Made by a program: the position numbers and the translations under genes
Shown here: positions 30,022-41,760 of the stretch, piece by piece
Layout of the letters: every line of letters starts with the position of its first letter
Position numbering within the stretch: the first letter of the stretch is position 1
NCBI GenBank assembly: GCA_046756945.1
Contig: JBHHXI010000001.1
Coordinates: forward strand, 3,946-67,945
DNA: 64,000 nucleotides
Reading direction: 5' to 3'
Source of the DNA: Rhodospirillales bacterium
Lineage (GTDB): Bacteria; Pseudomonadota; Alphaproteobacteria; Rhodospirillales; 2-02-FULL-58-16
Notes under the pieces: model-generated
Seen by the model: only the letters and a program-made list of their open reading frames with translations
Database searches by the model: none
What the model was told of the DNA's origin: nothing

Positions 30022-32169
30022 CTAGCGGGCCGCCCTGGCCGGCGCAACCTGGTCCGAGATGTCCTCGCCGGTTTCCTGGTCCACCGCCTTCATGGACAGC
30101 TTCACCTTGCCGCGGTCGTCGATGCCGATCAGCTTGACCTTGACCGTATCGCCGACGTTGACCACGTCCGTCGTCTTGCCCACCCGCTTGGGCGCCAGTT
30201 CGCTGATGTGGACAAGGCCGTCCTTGCTGCCCATGAAATTGACGAATGCGCCGAAATCCACGGTTTTCACCACTTTTCCCGTATACAGCGCGCCGACCTC
30301 GGGCTCGGCGGTGATACTGCGGATCCATTCTATGGCGCTATCGGCGGCTTTCTGGTCGACCGCCGCCACCTTGACCGTGCCGTCGTCCTCGAGGTCGATC
30401 TTGGCACCGGTGACCTCGCAGATTTCGCGGATCATCTTGCCGCCCGGGCCTATGACCTCGCGGATCTTGTCCTTGTTGATGGTGATGACGGTGATCCGCG
30501 GGGCGTTGTCGCTGACCCGGTCGCGGGCGTTCTCGAGGGCCTTGCTCATCTCGTCGAGGATGTGCGCGCGCCCCTCGCGGGCCTGCTCCAGCGCCACGCT
30601 CATGATGTCTTCGGTGATGGACGTGATCTTGATGTCCATCTGCAGCGAGGTGATGCCCCGCTCCGTGCCGGCCACCTTGAAGTCCATATCCCCGAGGTGG
30701 TCCTCGTCGCCGAGGATGTCCGAAATGACGGCGACGCCGTCGTCCTCCTTGATCAGCCCCATGGCGATACCGGCCACCGGCCGGGCCAGGGGAATGCCGG
30801 CGTCCATCATCGACAACGAGGCGCCGCAGACGGTGGCCATGGATGAGGACCCGTTGGATTCGGTGATCTCGGAGACCACCCGAATGGTGTAGGGGAAGTC
30901 CTCCTTGCTCGGCATCAGCGGGTGGACTGCCCGCCAGGCCAGCATGCCGTGTCCCACCTCGCGCCGGCTGGTGAAGCCGAAACGGCCGGCCTCGCCCACC
31001 GAATAGGGCGGGAAGTTGTAGTGGAGCATGAAGTGTTCGCGGTAGTCGAGGGCCAGGCCGTCGATGATCTGCTCGTCCTGGCCGGTGCCCAGGGTCGTCA
31101 CCACGAGCGCCTGGGTCTCGCCCCGGGTAAAGAGCGCGCTGCCGTGGGTTCTGGGCAGCAGTCCCACCTCGGCGGCGATGGGGCGCACCGTGCGCGTGTC
31201 GCGCCCGTCGATACGCCGGCCGGTCTTGAGGATGTCGCGCCGCACGATGGTCTTCTCCAGCTCCTTGAAGATGCCGGGCAAGGTATCCTTGAGAAGCTCC
31301 TCGCCGACGGACCCGTCGTCCGTCAGCTCCGCGGTCACCCTTTCCTTCACCGCCGCCACCTTTTCCTGGCGGGTCAGTTTGTCGGTCTCGGCGTAGGCCT
31401 GGCGCAAATCCGCCTCGGCCTTCTCGGCCACGCGCTGGGCGAGGTCCTTGGCCCCCTCGGGCGCTTCGGGCAGTTCGCGGGGCTCCTTGGCGCAGGCTTC
31501 GGCAAGGTCGATGATCGCTTCGATCACCGGCTGAAACCCGCGGTGGCCGAACATCACCGCTCCCAGCATCACCTCTTCGGACAGCTCGCTGGCTTCCGAT
31601 TCCACCATCAGCACGCCGTCGCGGGTGCCGGCGACCACCAGGTCCAGCGCGCTGCCGGTCAATGCGTCGACCTCGGGGTTGAGCACATATTCGCCGTCGA
31701 TGTAGCCGACGCGGCAGCCGGCGATGGGACCCATGAACGGAAGGCCCGAAAGGGTCAGCGCCGCCGACGTCCCGATCATGGCGACGATGTCGGGGTCGTT
31801 CTCCATGTCATGGGAAAGGACGGTGCAGATAACCTGGGTTTCGTTGCGGAAACCCTTGGCGAACAGCGGCCGGATGGGCCGGTCGATCAGGCGCGAGGTG
31901 AGGGTTTCCTTTTGGCTGGGCCGGCCTTCGCGCTTGAAAAAGCCGCCCGGAATCTTGCCGGCGGCAAAGGTCTTCTCCTGATAATGTACGGCCAGCGGGA
32001 AGAAATCCAGACCAACCCGTGGCTTTGTTTCACCGACGACGGTGCATAGGACCCGGCTGTCGCCATAGGTCGCCATGACGGCGCCATCGGCCTGACGGGC
32101 GATCTTGCCGCTCTCCAGAACGAGCGTGCGCCCGCCCCACTCGATCTCCTTTCTGAACTCTTGAAACAT
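30022..32169 (-). CDS. pnp: polyribonucleotide nucleotidyltransferase (PNPase)
   Basis: Track ORF of 715 aa: [31 protein letters not shown], two RNase PH domains, KH and S1. Confidence 0.97.
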   Translation of the reverse strand: MFQEFRKEIEWGGRTLVLESGKIARQADGAVMATYGDSRVLCTVVGETKPRVGLDFFPLAVHYQEKTFAAGKIPGGFFKREGRPSQKETLTSRLIDRPIRPLFAKGFRNETQVICTVLSHDMENDPDIVAMIGTSAALTLSGLPFMGPIAGCRVGYIDGEYVLNPEVDALTGSALDLVVAGTRDGVLMVESEASELSEEVMLGAVMFGHRGFQPVIEAIIDLAEACAKEPRELPEAPEGAKDLAQRVAEKAEADLRQAYAETDKLTRQEKVAAVKERVTAELTDDGSVGEELLKDTLPGIFKELEKTIVRRDILKTGRRIDGRDTRTVRPIAAEVGLLPRTHGSALFTRGETQALVVTTLGTGQDEQIIDGLALDYREHFMLHYNFPPYSVGEAGRFGFTSRREVGHGMLAWRAVHPLMPSKEDFPYTIRVVSEITESNGSSSMATVCGASLSMMDAGIPLARPVAGIAMGLIKEDDGVAVISDILGDEDHLGDMDFKVAGTERGITSLQMDIKITSITEDIMSVALEQAREGRAHILDEMSKALENARDRVSDNAPRITVITINKDKIREVIGPGGKMIREICEVTGAKIDLEDDGTVKVAAVDQKAADSAIEWIRSITAEPEVGALYTGKVVKTVDFGAFVNFMGSKDGLVHISELAPKRVGKTTDVVNVGDTVKVKLIGIDDRGKVKLSMKAVDQETGEDISDQVAPARAAR

Positions 32170-32301
32170 CTTCTCTTCTACCTCTTCCTACCGCAGGCGC
32201 CGGCTCTGCCGCAGGTGCGGTCGCCGATCGCCTCGTCTGTGTGCCCGCCCGGGACCGCCGGGATGGCGTCCTTCGGGGGCAGGTATTTGTGAACGGACTG
32301 G

Positions 32302-32352
32302 AGCGACGGCCGCGGGCATAACGGTCCCGCGATTATCATCGTGGCCGTCGCT
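32302..32352 (-). promoter_or_regulatory. long stem-loop in the rpsO-pnp intergenic leader
   Basis: AGCGACGGCC (32302-32311) pairs perfectly with GGCCGTCGCT (32343-32352). An inner GCGGG / CCCGC stem lies within. The region is the 268-nt pnp leader. Confidence 0.45.
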
Positions 32353-32437
32353 TTCCTCCGGTGAACGCGGCGACCCGTTCCCGGGCCACAGCCGCGCTGG
32401 CGCCGATGGACACGAATTCGCATCCCGGCGCGGTTCA

Positions 32438-32707
32438 TTATCGGCGCAATCCCAGGCGCCGTATCAGTTCCTCGTAGCGCTTGGCTTCCTTCCTTTTCAC
32501 ATAGTCGAGCAGGCGCCGGCGCTGTCCCACCATGCGCAGCAGGCCACGGCGGGAATGGTTGTCCTTCTTGTGGGTCTTCAGGTGTTCGGTGAGGTTGCCG
32601 ATGCGCTCGCTCAAGATGGCCACCTGAACGTCCGGCGAGCCGGTGTCGTCATTGTTGGTGGCGAACTCCTTGATGAGCGCCTGTTTTCGCTCCGCGGTAA
32701 TCGACAT
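32438..32707 (-). CDS. rpsO: 30S ribosomal protein S15
   Basis: Track ORF of 89 aa: [36 protein letters not shown]. Confidence 0.96.
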   Translation of the reverse strand: MSITAERKQALIKEFATNNDDTGSPDVQVAILSERIGNLTEHLKTHKKDNHSRRGLLRMVGQRRRLLDYVKRKEAKRYEELIRRLGLRR

Positions 32708-32723
32708 CCAATACTCCGTTTCT

Positions 32724-33650
32724 TCACAGGTTGAGCACGCGCACCGGGCGAATTTCGGCTCCGGTTATCCGCGCCAACGCCACCGGCTTGCCCTCGGCCT
32801 TGGCGCAAACGATGGCGCCTTGGGTGATGTGTTTGAGGGGTGTCCGGCTTGCCACCGCCAACACGGAAATGGGCTGGCCGCATTGCAAGCGCCGCGCTTC
32901 CGCTTCCGTCAGGGCCATCGCCGGGATGTCGGCCAGCGCGGTCTCGACGGGAAGCAGGTAGTCCGAGAGCGGCGCACTATGCCCCAGCGCGACGAGATTA
33001 TCCAGGGAAATCGCCTGCTCTTCGCTAAAGGGCCCTACGGACGTGCGGCGCAGCGCCGTAATGTGCCCGACCGTACCCAGCGCCAGCGCCAGGTCGCGCC
33101 CCAGGCTGCGCATGTAGCTGCCTTTTCCGGCGGTGACCTCGAATTCGGCATGGTCGGCGTCGGCCTGGCCGAGCAGTTCGAAATGATCGATGCGCACGCG
33201 CCTGGGCTCCAGCCGTACCGGCTCGTCGGCGCGGGCCAGCGCATAGGCGCGCCGCCCACCCACCTTGACCGCGGAAAATATGGGCGGCACCTGGTCGATG
33301 TCGCCGGTGAAATCGGGGAGCGCCTTCAGGATATCATCCGCGGTGGGGCGGACGGCGCTTTGCGCCGTCACCTCGCCCTCGGCGTCGTCCGTGGACCGTG
33401 ATTCGCCCCAGCGGACGGTAAAGCGATAGACCTTGGCGCCGCTGACGGCATAGGAGACGGTCTTGGTGGCCTCGCCCAGGGCCACGGGAAGAACGCCGGT
33501 GGCCTGGGGATCCAGGGTGCCGCCGTGCCCGGCCTTGGCGGCGCCGGTGAGGGCGCGCACCTTGCCGACGACGGCGCTGGACGTGATGCCCACCGGCTTG
33601 TCGATGACCAGCCAGCCGTGGATCGGCTTGCCGCCCCGCCTACGCCCCAT
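32724..33650 (-). CDS. truB: tRNA pseudouridine(55) synthase
   Basis: Track ORF 32724..33740 trimmed to ATG 33650 ([24 protein letters not shown]...GHGGTLDP). Confidence 0.93.
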   Translation of the reverse strand: MGRRRGGKPIHGWLVIDKPVGITSSAVVGKVRALTGAAKAGHGGTLDPQATGVLPVALGEATKTVSYAVSGAKVYRFTVRWGESRSTDDAEGEVTAQSAVRPTADDILKALPDFTGDIDQVPPIFSAVKVGGRRAYALARADEPVRLEPRRVRIDHFELLGQADADHAEFEVTAGKGSYMRSLGRDLALALGTVGHITALRRTSVGPFSEEQAISLDNLVALGHSAPLSDYLLPVETALADIPAMALTEAEARRLQCGQPISVLAVASRTPLKHITQGAIVCAKAEGKPVALARITGAEIRPVRVLNL

Positions 33651-34059
33651 GGGGGTCCTCGTCCTCGGCCCGATCCTCCCCCAGGTCGCGGGAGACCGCC
33701 GGATCGCGCAACAGGGCGTCGATGCGGCGCGCCTCGTCAAACGACGGGTCGGCGCGAAACGTGATATCGGGAACGAACTTCAGCCTGACGGCGTTCGCCA
33801 CCTGGCGGCGCAGAAAAGGCCGCGCCCGGGTGAGCCCGCTGACGACGGCCCCGGTTTCGCCGCCGCCCAGGGGAAAGACGAACACGGTGGCTTTGCGGAG
33901 ATCCGGGCTTACCCGCACTTCGGTGACGGTGACGGATACGCCCTTGAGGTCGGGATCGCGTACCTCGCCGCGTTCCAGGATCCACGCCAGGGCGTGGCGC
34001 AACTCTTCGCCAACCCGCAACTGGCGCTGGCTGGGACCCCTATCCTCCCGTCTGTCCAT
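33640..34059 (-). CDS. rbfA: ribosome-binding factor A
   Basis: Track ORF 33640..34302 trimmed to ATG 34059 (MDRREDRGPSQRQLRVGEELRHALAWILERGEVRDPDL). Confidence 0.9.
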   Translation of the reverse strand: MDRREDRGPSQRQLRVGEELRHALAWILERGEVRDPDLKGVSVTVTEVRVSPDLRKATVFVFPLGGGETGAVVSGLTRARPFLRRQVANAVRLKFVPDITFRADPSFDEARRIDALLRDPAVSRDLGEDRAEDEDPHGA

Positions 34060-34147
34060 GGTACCCTCGATCAACGCGCACCCCGCCGCTGTATCCCTTT
34101 GGCGGACGAAACGCGAAATCGTGCAAGTAAGTACCAGACGCCCCGGC

Positions 34148-36763
34148 TCACAGTTCCCGGGGCACCTCTTCGATTTCGAAACACTCGATGGTGTCGCCGA
34201 CCTGGATGTCCTGGTAGTTTTCGAAGGCCATGCCGCAGTCAAGGCCTTCCTTGACTTCCTTGACGTCGTCCTTGAAGCGCTTGAGCTGACCCAGGCTGCC
34301 ATCGTGGATGACCACCAGGTCGCGCAGCAGCCGCACCCGCGCCCCGCGGCGGACGACGCCCTCGGTCACCATGCAGCCGGCCACCTTGCCCACCTTGGAA
34401 ACGTTGAACACCTCGCGGATCTCGGCTTCGCCCAGCGTACGTTCGCGGATGGCCGGCTCCAGCATGCCCGACAACATCTTTTTCAGGTCGTCCGTCACGT
34501 CGTAGATAATGGAGTAGTAGCGGATTTCCACGTTGTCGCGTTTGGCCATCCCGCGGGCCTGGGCATCCGCGCGCACGTTGAAACCGACGATCAAGGCCCC
34601 CGACGCCCGCGCCAGCGTCACATCCGATTCGTTGATGCCGCCGACGCCTGAGTGCAGCACACCCGCCTGCACCTCGCTCGTGCCCAACTTGTCTATGGCG
34701 CCGCGGATGGCCTCCACGGAGCCGTCGGCGTCGGCCTTGATCACCACCGGCAATTCCTTGGCTGTACCTTCCTCGGCCTGGGCAAACATCTGTTCCACGG
34801 ACCACCGCGTGGTGGCGGCCACCTTGGCGTCCCGATCCCGGCGCCGGCGGAATTCGGTGATCTCCCGGGCCCGGGCTTCGCTGTCGACGGCGTTGACATC
34901 GTCGCCGGCCGCCGGGGTGCCGCCCAGGCCCAGAACTTCTACCGGCACGGTGGGCCCGGCTTCTTCTATGGTGTCCCCGCGGGCGTCAATGAGGGCGCGC
35001 ACGTGGCCCCACGCGCCGCCGGCGACGAAGATGTCGCCCACCTTCAGTGTTCCACGCTGGACCAGGACGGTGGCCAATGATCCCCGGCCGCTTTCCATCC
35101 TGGCTTCCACGACCACGCCTTCCGCCAGCCGGTCGGGGTTGGCCTTGAGGTCCAGGAGTTCGGCCTGCAGCAGGATGGCCTCCTCCAGCTTGTCCAGGTT
35201 GGTCCGTTCCTTGGCCGAGACCTCCACGCACAGGATATCGCCACCCATATCCTCGACCACCATGTCGTGTTGCAGCAGGTCCGTCCGCACGCGGCCGGGA
35301 TCGGCGCCGGGCTTGTCGATCTTGTTTATGGCCACGATCATGGGCACTTCCGCCGCCCGGGCGTGGTTCATGGCCTCGACGGTCTGGGGCATGATGCCGT
35401 CGTCGGCGGCCACCACCAGGACCACGATGTCGGTCACCTTGGCGCCCCGGGCGCGCATTTCGGTGAAGGCCGCATGGCCCGGCGTGTCGATAAAGGTGAT
35501 CGTCGCCCCGGACTTGAGAGTCACCTGGTAGGCACCGATGTGCTGGGTGATGCCGCCCGCCTCATGAGCCGCCACGTCGGTTTCGCGCAACGCATCGAGA
35601 AGCAGGGTCTTGCCGTGGTCGACGTGCCCCATCACGGTCACCACCGGCGCCCGGGGAACGAGGTTGGCCTCGTCGTCGACGTCGCCCTTGAGGCCGATCT
35701 CCACGTCGGCGTCGGCGACGCGCTTGATTTTGTGGCCGAATTCGCTGACCACCAGTTCCGCCGTGTCGGCGTCGATGGTTTGCGACATGGATACCATGAC
35801 ATCCATTTTCATCAACGCCTTGACGACGTCCGTGCCGCGCTCGGCCATGCGGTTGGCCAGCTCCTGCACGGTGATGGTTTCGGGTATGACCACGTCGCGG
35901 ATTATCTTTTTCTCTTCCGTCCGGCTTTGTTGCAGCCTTTGCTTCTCCCAGGCGCGCCTGGCCGAGGCCAGGCTGCGGACGCGCTCTTCGCGCTCACCGG
36001 TGACCTCGTCAATGCGGACGCGTCCGGACCGGCGGCGCGCCTCGTGACGGCGCGGGGCCAGGGTTGGACGGCGGGCGTCGGACCGGAAGGACCGTTTCCC
36101 GCCGCCGCGTCGCTCGGCATCTCCTTCGGTTTCTTCCCGGGCCACCAATTTCGCCGCGGCGGCCGACGCCGCGGCCTTGGCCTGCTCTTCGCGGCGGTGG
36201 GCCTCCTCGTCGGCCTTTTTGCGGGCTTCCTCCTCGGCCCCGCGGGCCGTCTCTTCGGTATCGGCTTCCTTGCCCACGACCTTTTCGGCCTCGCCGCCGG
36301 CTTCCGTGGTCCCGTCCGGCGCCGACGGGCGCTGCGCCGCGCCGGGAAAATCCGCGAACGGCGGGAATGGGGTTTGCTCCCGGGTCCCCACCTGCGATTT
36401 GCGGGAGTCCTCGAGGGCACGGGCGCGGGCGGCTTTTTCCTCGGTGGTCAGGCTGACCGCCGCTCCCTGGCGGGGGGAGCCGTCCGCCTCCGTCCTTTCG
36501 CCGCCAGCGGGGGGAAACGCTGTCGCGGCGGCATCCTCGGCGCCTGGGGCTCCCTCCTTGACCTCCGCCATGGAGCCGCCGGCATCGGGGGCATAGGTGC
36601 GCTTCTTGCGGACCTCGACCGCCACCATCTTGGAGCGCCCATGGGAAAAGCTTTGCCGGACCTGACCGGATTCGACGGTCTTGCGGATCTCCAGCTTTCC
36701 GGGCCGCGACAGGCCCAGCCGCCTTTTCCCTTTTTGCTCTTTCTGTTCTTCGATGTCGGTCAT
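34148..36763 (-). CDS. infB: translation initiation factor IF-2
   Basis: Track ORF of 871 aa with G-domain motifs GHVDHGKT and DTPGH. Confidence 0.97.
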   Translation of the reverse strand: MTDIEEQKEQKGKRRLGLSRPGKLEIRKTVESGQVRQSFSHGRSKMVAVEVRKKRTYAPDAGGSMAEVKEGAPGAEDAAATAFPPAGGERTEADGSPRQGAAVSLTTEEKAARARALEDSRKSQVGTREQTPFPPFADFPGAAQRPSAPDGTTEAGGEAEKVVGKEADTEETARGAEEEARKKADEEAHRREEQAKAAASAAAAKLVAREETEGDAERRGGGKRSFRSDARRPTLAPRRHEARRRSGRVRIDEVTGEREERVRSLASARRAWEKQRLQQSRTEEKKIIRDVVIPETITVQELANRMAERGTDVVKALMKMDVMVSMSQTIDADTAELVVSEFGHKIKRVADADVEIGLKGDVDDEANLVPRAPVVTVMGHVDHGKTLLLDALRETDVAAHEAGGITQHIGAYQVTLKSGATITFIDTPGHAAFTEMRARGAKVTDIVVLVVAADDGIMPQTVEAMNHARAAEVPMIVAINKIDKPGADPGRVRTDLLQHDMVVEDMGGDILCVEVSAKERTNLDKLEEAILLQAELLDLKANPDRLAEGVVVEARMESGRGSLATVLVQRGTLKVGDIFVAGGAWGHVRALIDARGDTIEEAGPTVPVEVLGLGGTPAAGDDVNAVDSEARAREITEFRRRRDRDAKVAATTRWSVEQMFAQAEEGTAKELPVVIKADADGSVEAIRGAIDKLGTSEVQAGVLHSGVGGINESDVTLARASGALIVGFNVRADAQARGMAKRDNVEIRYYSIIYDVTDDLKKMLSGMLEPAIRERTLGEAEIREVFNVSKVGKVAGCMVTEGVVRRGARVRLLRDLVVIHDGSLGQLKRFKDDVKEVKEGLDCGMAFENYQDIQVGDTIECFEIEEVPREL

Positions 36764-36790
36764 GTCAGTCCGCTCAAAATCCGGCCCGCT

Positions 36791-37513
36791 TCAGGCCGTG
36801 CCGTCCTCGCGCCGGAAACCCGCCAGGCGCGCCGCATCGCCGAGCAGGCTCTCGGCCAGCCGTCCCGGCGCCAGGACCAGGTGTACGACGCCTTGCCGTC
36901 CCAGCGCGCTGCCCAGTTCGGCGCCGCTGAACAGGTCCACCAGCGGCAACCCGGGCGCCAGCGCCCGCATCCCGGCGCGTCCGCCGGGCGCGCCGTCGGC
37001 GGCGGCGACCAGCACCGCCCCCCGTCCCGCGCGCAGCCACGCCCGCGCCTTTTCCGATCCGGCCACGGCCTGCCCGGCGCGGCGCGCCAGCCCGATGCGC
37101 TCGAGACAGCGGCGTGTCAAAAGCCGTTCCACCCGGTCGGCAAGATCGGCCGGAACGGCGACGCGCGACCGCGCCGCCTTGGCGAAAAGGTTCTTGGCGC
37201 AGGCTGTATTTACCATATCCCTTTGTGCGCTCAACCAAATACCCCGCCCCGGAAGGCGTCCTTCCACGTCCGGGGCCACTTCCCGGCCGGGTCCGACAAC
37301 GAAGCGCACCATCTCCTCTTTCCGGCGCACCGCACCGCTGACAATGCACCGCCTGAAGGGACCACGACGCCCCTGGTGTGTGTCGGTCCGCGTGCCGTCG
37401 ACCTGTGGCCGGGCCTGCGCCGCCGCATTCCTCTTATCCGTCTTTCGGTTCCTTCCCGCCGTCGGGCGCCTGGGTGTCCGCGGACGCCGTATCTTCCGCC
37501 GCCGCCGCGCCAT
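36791..37513 (-). CDS. YlxR/DUF448 RNA-binding protein fused to an L7Ae-like domain; start unresolved
   Basis: In-frame part of track ORF 36791..37702 ([22 protein letters not shown]...GRGIWL; [13 protein letters not shown]). No ATG, GTG, TTG or CTG lies between the nusA stop and the RRC motif. The nearest upstream ATG is 37513, inside nusA. Confidence 0.7.
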   Translation of the reverse strand: MARRRRKIRRPRTPRRPTAGRNRKTDKRNAAAQARPQVDGTRTDTHQGRRGPFRRCIVSGAVRRKEEMVRFVVGPGREVAPDVEGRLPGRGIWLSAQRDMVNTACAKNLFAKAARSRVAVPADLADRVERLLTRRCLERIGLARRAGQAVAGSEKARAWLRAGRGAVLVAAADGAPGGRAGMRALAPGLPLVDLFSGAELGSALGRQGVVHLVLAPGRLAESLLGDAARLAGFRREDGTA

Positions 37514-39077
37514 CCTCTGCGCCGGATTCGCCCGCGTCGTCTTCGCCGGCGGCGTCTTCGTCGGCGAACCAGTGGGCGCGGGCGGCCATGATAATCGCGT
37601 TGGCCGCCTCTTCCCCGAGCGTGCCGGCGGGTGCGATTTCCCGCAACTCGTCGCCGGCAAGATCGGCCAGATCGTCGCGCGTCTTGACCCCGTGTTCGCC
37701 AAGGGCGACCAGCAGGGCCGGCGTCACCCCGTCGACCTCGGCCAGATCATCGCTGACGCCCAGTTCCTTGCGGCGCCGGGCCAGTTCCTCGTCCCTGACG
37801 GCGAGAAAGCTCCGCGCGCGCTCTTGCAGTTCCTTGGCCGTGTCCTCGCCGAAGCCCTCGATTTCGGCCAGGTCGCTCAGGGGCACGAACGCCACCTCCT
37901 CGACCGTGGCGAAGCCCTCGGTGACCAACAGATGCGCGATCACGTCCTCGACGTCCAGGGCGTCGACGAACATTTGCGAATGGTTGCGGAATTCCTCGCT
38001 GCGGCGCTCCGATTCCTCGGCCTCGGTGAGGATATCGATGTCCCAGCCGGACAGCTGGGAGGCCAGGCGGACGTTCTGGCCGCGCCGTCCGATGGCAAGA
38101 CTGAGTTGGTCGTCCGGGACCACGACTTCGATGCGGTTGGCTTCCTCGTCGAGGACCACCTTGGCCACCTCGGCGGGGGCGAGCGCGTTGACGATGAAGG
38201 TGGCGGGGTCGGGCGACCACTGGATGATGTCGATCTTCTCGCCCTGGAGTTCCCCGACCACGGCCTGGACGCGGGAGCCGCGCATACCGATGCAGGGGCC
38301 GACCGGGTCGATGCTGGAATCGTGGGAGACGACCGCGATCTTGGCGCGCGAGCCCGCGTCCCGGGCCACCGACATGATCTCGATGATGTTGTCGTAAATT
38401 TCCGGCACTTCCTGGGCGAACAGCTTGGCCATGAACTGGGGATGGGTGCGCGACAGGAAGATCTGCGGGCCGCGTGGCTCCTCGCGCACGTCCATGATGT
38501 AGGCGCGCACCCGGTCGCCGGTGGAATAGTGCTCGCGCGGGATGCACTCGTCGCGGCGCAAGAGCGCTTCCGCACGGCTCAAATCGACGATCACGTTACC
38601 GAATTCGATGCGCTTGACCAGGCCGTTGACGACCTCGCCGATGCGGTCCTTGTACTCTTCGTGCTGGCGTTTTCGCTCGGCTTCGCGCACCTTCTGCACG
38701 ATCACCTGCTTGGCCGTCTGGGCGGCGATGCGGCCGAAGTCGATGGGCGGCAACGGATCGACCAGGAAATCGCCGATCTCCGCGTCCGGCTTGGTCTTGC
38801 GCGCCGATTCCAGGTCCGTCTGGGTGACCTCGTTCTCCACCTCCTCCGCCACCTCGACGTAGCGCGCCAGCGCGATCTCGCCGGACGTGCGGTCGATGGT
38901 GGCGCGGATATCGTGCTCGTGTCCGTATTTCGAGCGCCCGGCCTTTTGAATCGCCTGCTCCATGGCTTCGAGAACCTCTTCGCGCTCGATTCCCTTGTCG
39001 CGGGCGACGGTTTCGGCCACCTGCAGCAGTTCAGGGCGCGCGCGAACGGCCTCGGAATCCAGGTTGGTTTCGATCAT
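37434..39077 (-). CDS. nusA: transcription termination/antitermination factor NusA
   Basis: Track ORF of 547 aa with S1 and KH domains and an acidic C-terminal tail. Confidence 0.96.
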   Translation of the reverse strand: MIETNLDSEAVRARPELLQVAETVARDKGIEREEVLEAMEQAIQKAGRSKYGHEHDIRATIDRTSGEIALARYVEVAEEVENEVTQTDLESARKTKPDAEIGDFLVDPLPPIDFGRIAAQTAKQVIVQKVREAERKRQHEEYKDRIGEVVNGLVKRIEFGNVIVDLSRAEALLRRDECIPREHYSTGDRVRAYIMDVREEPRGPQIFLSRTHPQFMAKLFAQEVPEIYDNIIEIMSVARDAGSRAKIAVVSHDSSIDPVGPCIGMRGSRVQAVVGELQGEKIDIIQWSPDPATFIVNALAPAEVAKVVLDEEANRIEVVVPDDQLSLAIGRRGQNVRLASQLSGWDIDILTEAEESERRSEEFRNHSQMFVDALDVEDVIAHLLVTEGFATVEEVAFVPLSDLAEIEGFGEDTAKELQERARSFLAVRDEELARRRKELGVSDDLAEVDGVTPALLVALGEHGVKTRDDLADLAGDELREIAPAGTLGEEAANAIIMAARAHWFADEDAAGEDDAGESGAEDGAAAAEDTASADTQAPDGGKEPKDG

Positions 39078-39565
39078 GGTCCTTTCCGTTTCTCCGATGC
39101 CGCAAGCAGCTCGTCGGTGAGCAGCAGTTTCGCCCGCCCGATGTCCGCATACGGCAGATCCACCGTGGCGCCTTCCACCTGGATCCGCACCACCTGGCCG
39201 GCGACACCGATCAGCCGGCCGCGGAAGCGGCGGCGCCCGCCGACCGGACGCGTCGTCTCCACCCTGGCCTCGAACCCGGCGAAGCGCTCGAAGTCACCGA
39301 GACGCGACAACGGGCGGTCGATGCCGGGCGAACTCACCTCGAGGGTGAAGGCCCCGGCGATGGGGTCCTCCACCTCAAGCACGGCGGCGATGGCGCGGCT
39401 GATATCGGCGCAGTCGTCCACCGTCATCGCCTCGCCCTCCCGGCGTTCGGCCATGACCTGCAGCCGTCGCCTCTGCCGGCCCGAAATATGCACCCGCACG
39501 ACGGTGAAACCCAGAGCCTCCACCGTGGGCGTGATGAGTCGCTCGATGCGGCCACACAAATCCAT
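39074..39565 (-). CDS. rimP: ribosome maturation factor RimP
   Basis: Track ORF 39074..39619. ATG at 39565 (MDLCGRIERLITPTVEALGFTVVRVHI) is preferred, because 39619 has no SD and abuts a terminator-like hairpin. Confidence 0.88.
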   Translation of the reverse strand: MDLCGRIERLITPTVEALGFTVVRVHISGRQRRRLQVMAERREGEAMTVDDCADISRAIAAVLEVEDPIAGAFTLEVSSPGIDRPLSRLGDFERFAGFEARVETTRPVGGRRRFRGRLIGVAGQVVRIQVEGATVDLPYADIGRAKLLLTDELLAASEKRKGP

Positions 39566-39629
39566 CCCGGCGACCCCGTCCTTCGCTGAGCCCGTCCTTG
39601 GCTGAGCCCGAGCCGCCATGACAAACGGC

Positions 39630-39661
39630 CCAAAAACAAAGAGCGGGCCTGAGGCCCACCC
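39630..39661 (-). terminator. intrinsic-terminator-like hairpin in the rimP-nusA leader (candidate attenuator)
   Basis: The minus strand reads GGGUGGGCC-UCA-GGCCCGCUC (9 bp including 2 G-U pairs), followed by UUUGUUUUUGG. Confidence 0.5.
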
Positions 39662-39721
39662 TTATAAGACCCGCACGCAGCTTCGGGTCCATGGGACCAA
39701 TTCGTTATTATTCGTAGGCAC

Positions 39722-39750
39722 ATATATACCCTGTGGCGTTTCGAACACAA
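39722..39750 (-). promoter_or_regulatory. putative promoter, TTGTGT-N16-TATATA (minus strand)
   Basis: The minus strand reads cccTTGTGTtcgaaacgccacagggTATATAtg. It lies between the trmB stop and the leader hairpin. Confidence 0.4.
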
Positions 39751-39806
39751 GGGTTTTCGCACCGAAACCGGCGCTTCCCGCGGCGCGGACGGGGCGCCCG
39801 TGCACC

Positions 39807-40523
39807 TCAATTCCGGGGGCGGCGCAGAAAGCGCAGATAGACGCACCTGGCGCCGCGCCCGAGAGCCTTGGCCTCGTAGCGGGTTTCGAACCAGTCCTCG
39901 GGCCGTTGCAGCCAGTCGCGCCGGCTCCGCGCCGGCCATGAGAAGGCGGGGTGGGCGGTGACGTGCTCGAGCGTCCAGCGGACGTATTCCATGTGGTCGC
40001 TGGCGAAGCGCAGCTCGGCCCCGTCCTTCAACAGCCGGGCAAGGGCATCCAGGTTTTCCGGCGATACGAAGCGGCGCCTGTGGTGGCGTTTCTTCGGCCA
40101 GGGGTCGGAAAACAACACGAAAGCGCGCCCGATGCCGGCGTCGGGCAAGGCGTCGAACAACAGCCGCGCGTCGTCGTCGAAAATCCGGACGTTGGTGAGA
40201 TCCTCCCCGCGAACGTGGGCGAGCAGGCCGGCCACCCCGTTGATGTAGGCCTCGCAGCCGATGATGCCGACATCGGCGTGGGCGCGGGCCTGCGCCGCCA
40301 GGTGCTCGCCGGCGCCGAAGCCCACCTCCAGCCACACGTCCCTCACCGATCGGGAAAAAACGGCCGCCAGGTCGATCCGGCCGCCGCTTTCCGGCGGCGC
40401 CACCCGCAGGCGCGGCAGCAGGTCCCGCAACAGGTCCTGCCGGCCCTTGCGCAGTCGGTGGCCGCGCCGCCGGCCGTACCAGCGGGGCCGGTCGTCGCCG
40501 GGCTGCGGGCCGCCGCCGGTCAA
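39807..40523 (-). CDS. trmB: tRNA (guanine-N7)-methyltransferase
   Basis: In-frame tail of track ORF 39807..41306. TTG at 40523 overlaps the metK stop (TTGA). Contains [12 protein letters not shown] and [15 protein letters not shown]. Confidence 0.88.
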   Translation of the reverse strand: MTGGGPQPGDDRPRWYGRRRGHRLRKGRQDLLRDLLPRLRVAPPESGGRIDLAAVFSRSVRDVWLEVGFGAGEHLAAQARAHADVGIIGCEAYINGVAGLLAHVRGEDLTNVRIFDDDARLLFDALPDAGIGRAFVLFSDPWPKKRHHRRRFVSPENLDALARLLKDGAELRFASDHMEYVRWTLEHVTAHPAFSWPARSRRDWLQRPEDWFETRYEAKALGRGARCVYLRFLRRPRN

Positions 40524-41695
40524 CTGCCCCCGAAGATGGACTTGAGGTCCTCGACCAGCCCGGTGCGCTCCCAGGAAAAGCCGCCATCGGATTCCGGCGG
40601 CCGGCCGAAATGGCCGTAGGCGGCGGTGCGCGCATAGATGGGCCGGTTGAGCTCCAGGTGCTCGCGGATGCCGCGGGGCGACAGGTCGACCATGTCCCGG
40701 AGCACCTCGGACAGGCGGCTGCCGTCGACGCGGCTGGTGTCGTGCAGGTTGATGGCGACGGACAGCGGCTGGGCGACGCCGATGGCGTAAGACAACTGGA
40801 TGGTGCAGGTATCGGCCAGGCCGGCGGCGACCACGTTCTTGGCCAGATAGCGGGCGGCGTAGGCGGCCGAGCGGTCGACCTTGGTCGGGTCCTTGCCCGA
40901 GAAGGCCCCGCCGCCGTGGGGGGCGCTGCCGCCATAGGTGTCGACGACGATCTTGCGTCCCGTAAGCCCGGCGTCGCCATCCGGTCCGCCGATGACGAAA
41001 CGGCCCGTCGGGTTCACGTAGAATGCTTCCTCGTCGCACATCCAGCCTTCGGGCAACACGTTGACCACGTGGGGCCGGACGATCTCGCGGACCTCGTCCT
41101 GGCTGAGGTGTTCGGCGTGTTGGGTGGAGACCACGATGGACGCGGCGCCCACCGGCATGTGGTTGACATAGTGCAAGGTGACCTGGCTCTTGGAATCGGG
41201 GCCGAGGCCCGGCTCGGCCCCGGAATGGCGGGCCTCCGCCAGGGACTGCAGGATGGCGTGGGAATAATAGATGGGCGCCGGCATCAGGGCATCGGTTTCC
41301 CGGCACGCATAGCCGAACATGACGCCCTGGTCGCCCGCGCCTTCGTCCTTGTTGCCCAACGCATCGACGCCCTGGGCGATGTCGGCGGACTGGGCGTGGA
41401 CGAGAACCTGAACATCGGCCGTCCGCCAGTGAAAGCCGTCCTGTTCGTATCCGATTTCCCTGACCGCGCTGCGGGCCACCTCTTCAAGGGTGGCGTGGGT
41501 GATCGAATCCGGCCCCCGCACTTCCCCGGCCAGCAGAATGAAGTTGGTCGTGCACAGGGTCTCGACGGCGACGCGCGCGTATGGATCGGCCGTCAGAAAG
41601 GTGTCGACCACCGCATCGGAGATGCGGTCGCAGATCTTGTCGGGATGCCCTTCGGAAACGGATTCACTCGTAAAAAGACAGTCGCTCTTCGGCAC
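40520..41695 (-). CDS. metK: S-adenosylmethionine synthase
   Basis: Track ORF 40520..41710, which starts with TTG. GTG at 41695 is preferred ([20 protein letters not shown]), with GGAGGG 8 nt upstream. Confidence 0.96.
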   Translation of the reverse strand: MPKSDCLFTSESVSEGHPDKICDRISDAVVDTFLTADPYARVAVETLCTTNFILLAGEVRGPDSITHATLEEVARSAVREIGYEQDGFHWRTADVQVLVHAQSADIAQGVDALGNKDEGAGDQGVMFGYACRETDALMPAPIYYSHAILQSLAEARHSGAEPGLGPDSKSQVTLHYVNHMPVGAASIVVSTQHAEHLSQDEVREIVRPHVVNVLPEGWMCDEEAFYVNPTGRFVIGGPDGDAGLTGRKIVVDTYGGSAPHGGGAFSGKDPTKVDRSAAYAARYLAKNVVAAGLADTCTIQLSYAIGVAQPLSVAINLHDTSRVDGSRLSEVLRDMVDLSPRGIREHLELNRPIYARTAAYGHFGRPPESDGGFSWERTGLVEDLKSIFGGS

Positions 41696-41760
41696 AGTCG
41701 CGCCCTCCAATCTCAGGTTCCGTCCACTTGGACCGAGGGCTTCAATGGTCGTGCCACTAA
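41696..41760 (-). promoter_or_regulatory. metK 5' leader hairpin with an SD-complementary loop (candidate translational riboswitch / pseudoknot)
   Basis: The minus strand reads CAC-GACC-[AUUGAAGCCCUC]-GGUC-CAA-GUG. The loop GCCCUC (plus strand 41735-41740) is complementary to GAGGGC within the SD (plus strand 41702-41707). Confidence 0.35.

Noticed and set aside
32178-32438. An 86-aa track ORF between rpsO and pnp.
   Set aside because: Its translation is Arg/Gly/Pro-rich and low in complexity. The region forms a strong leader stem-loop typical of pnp 5' UTRs.
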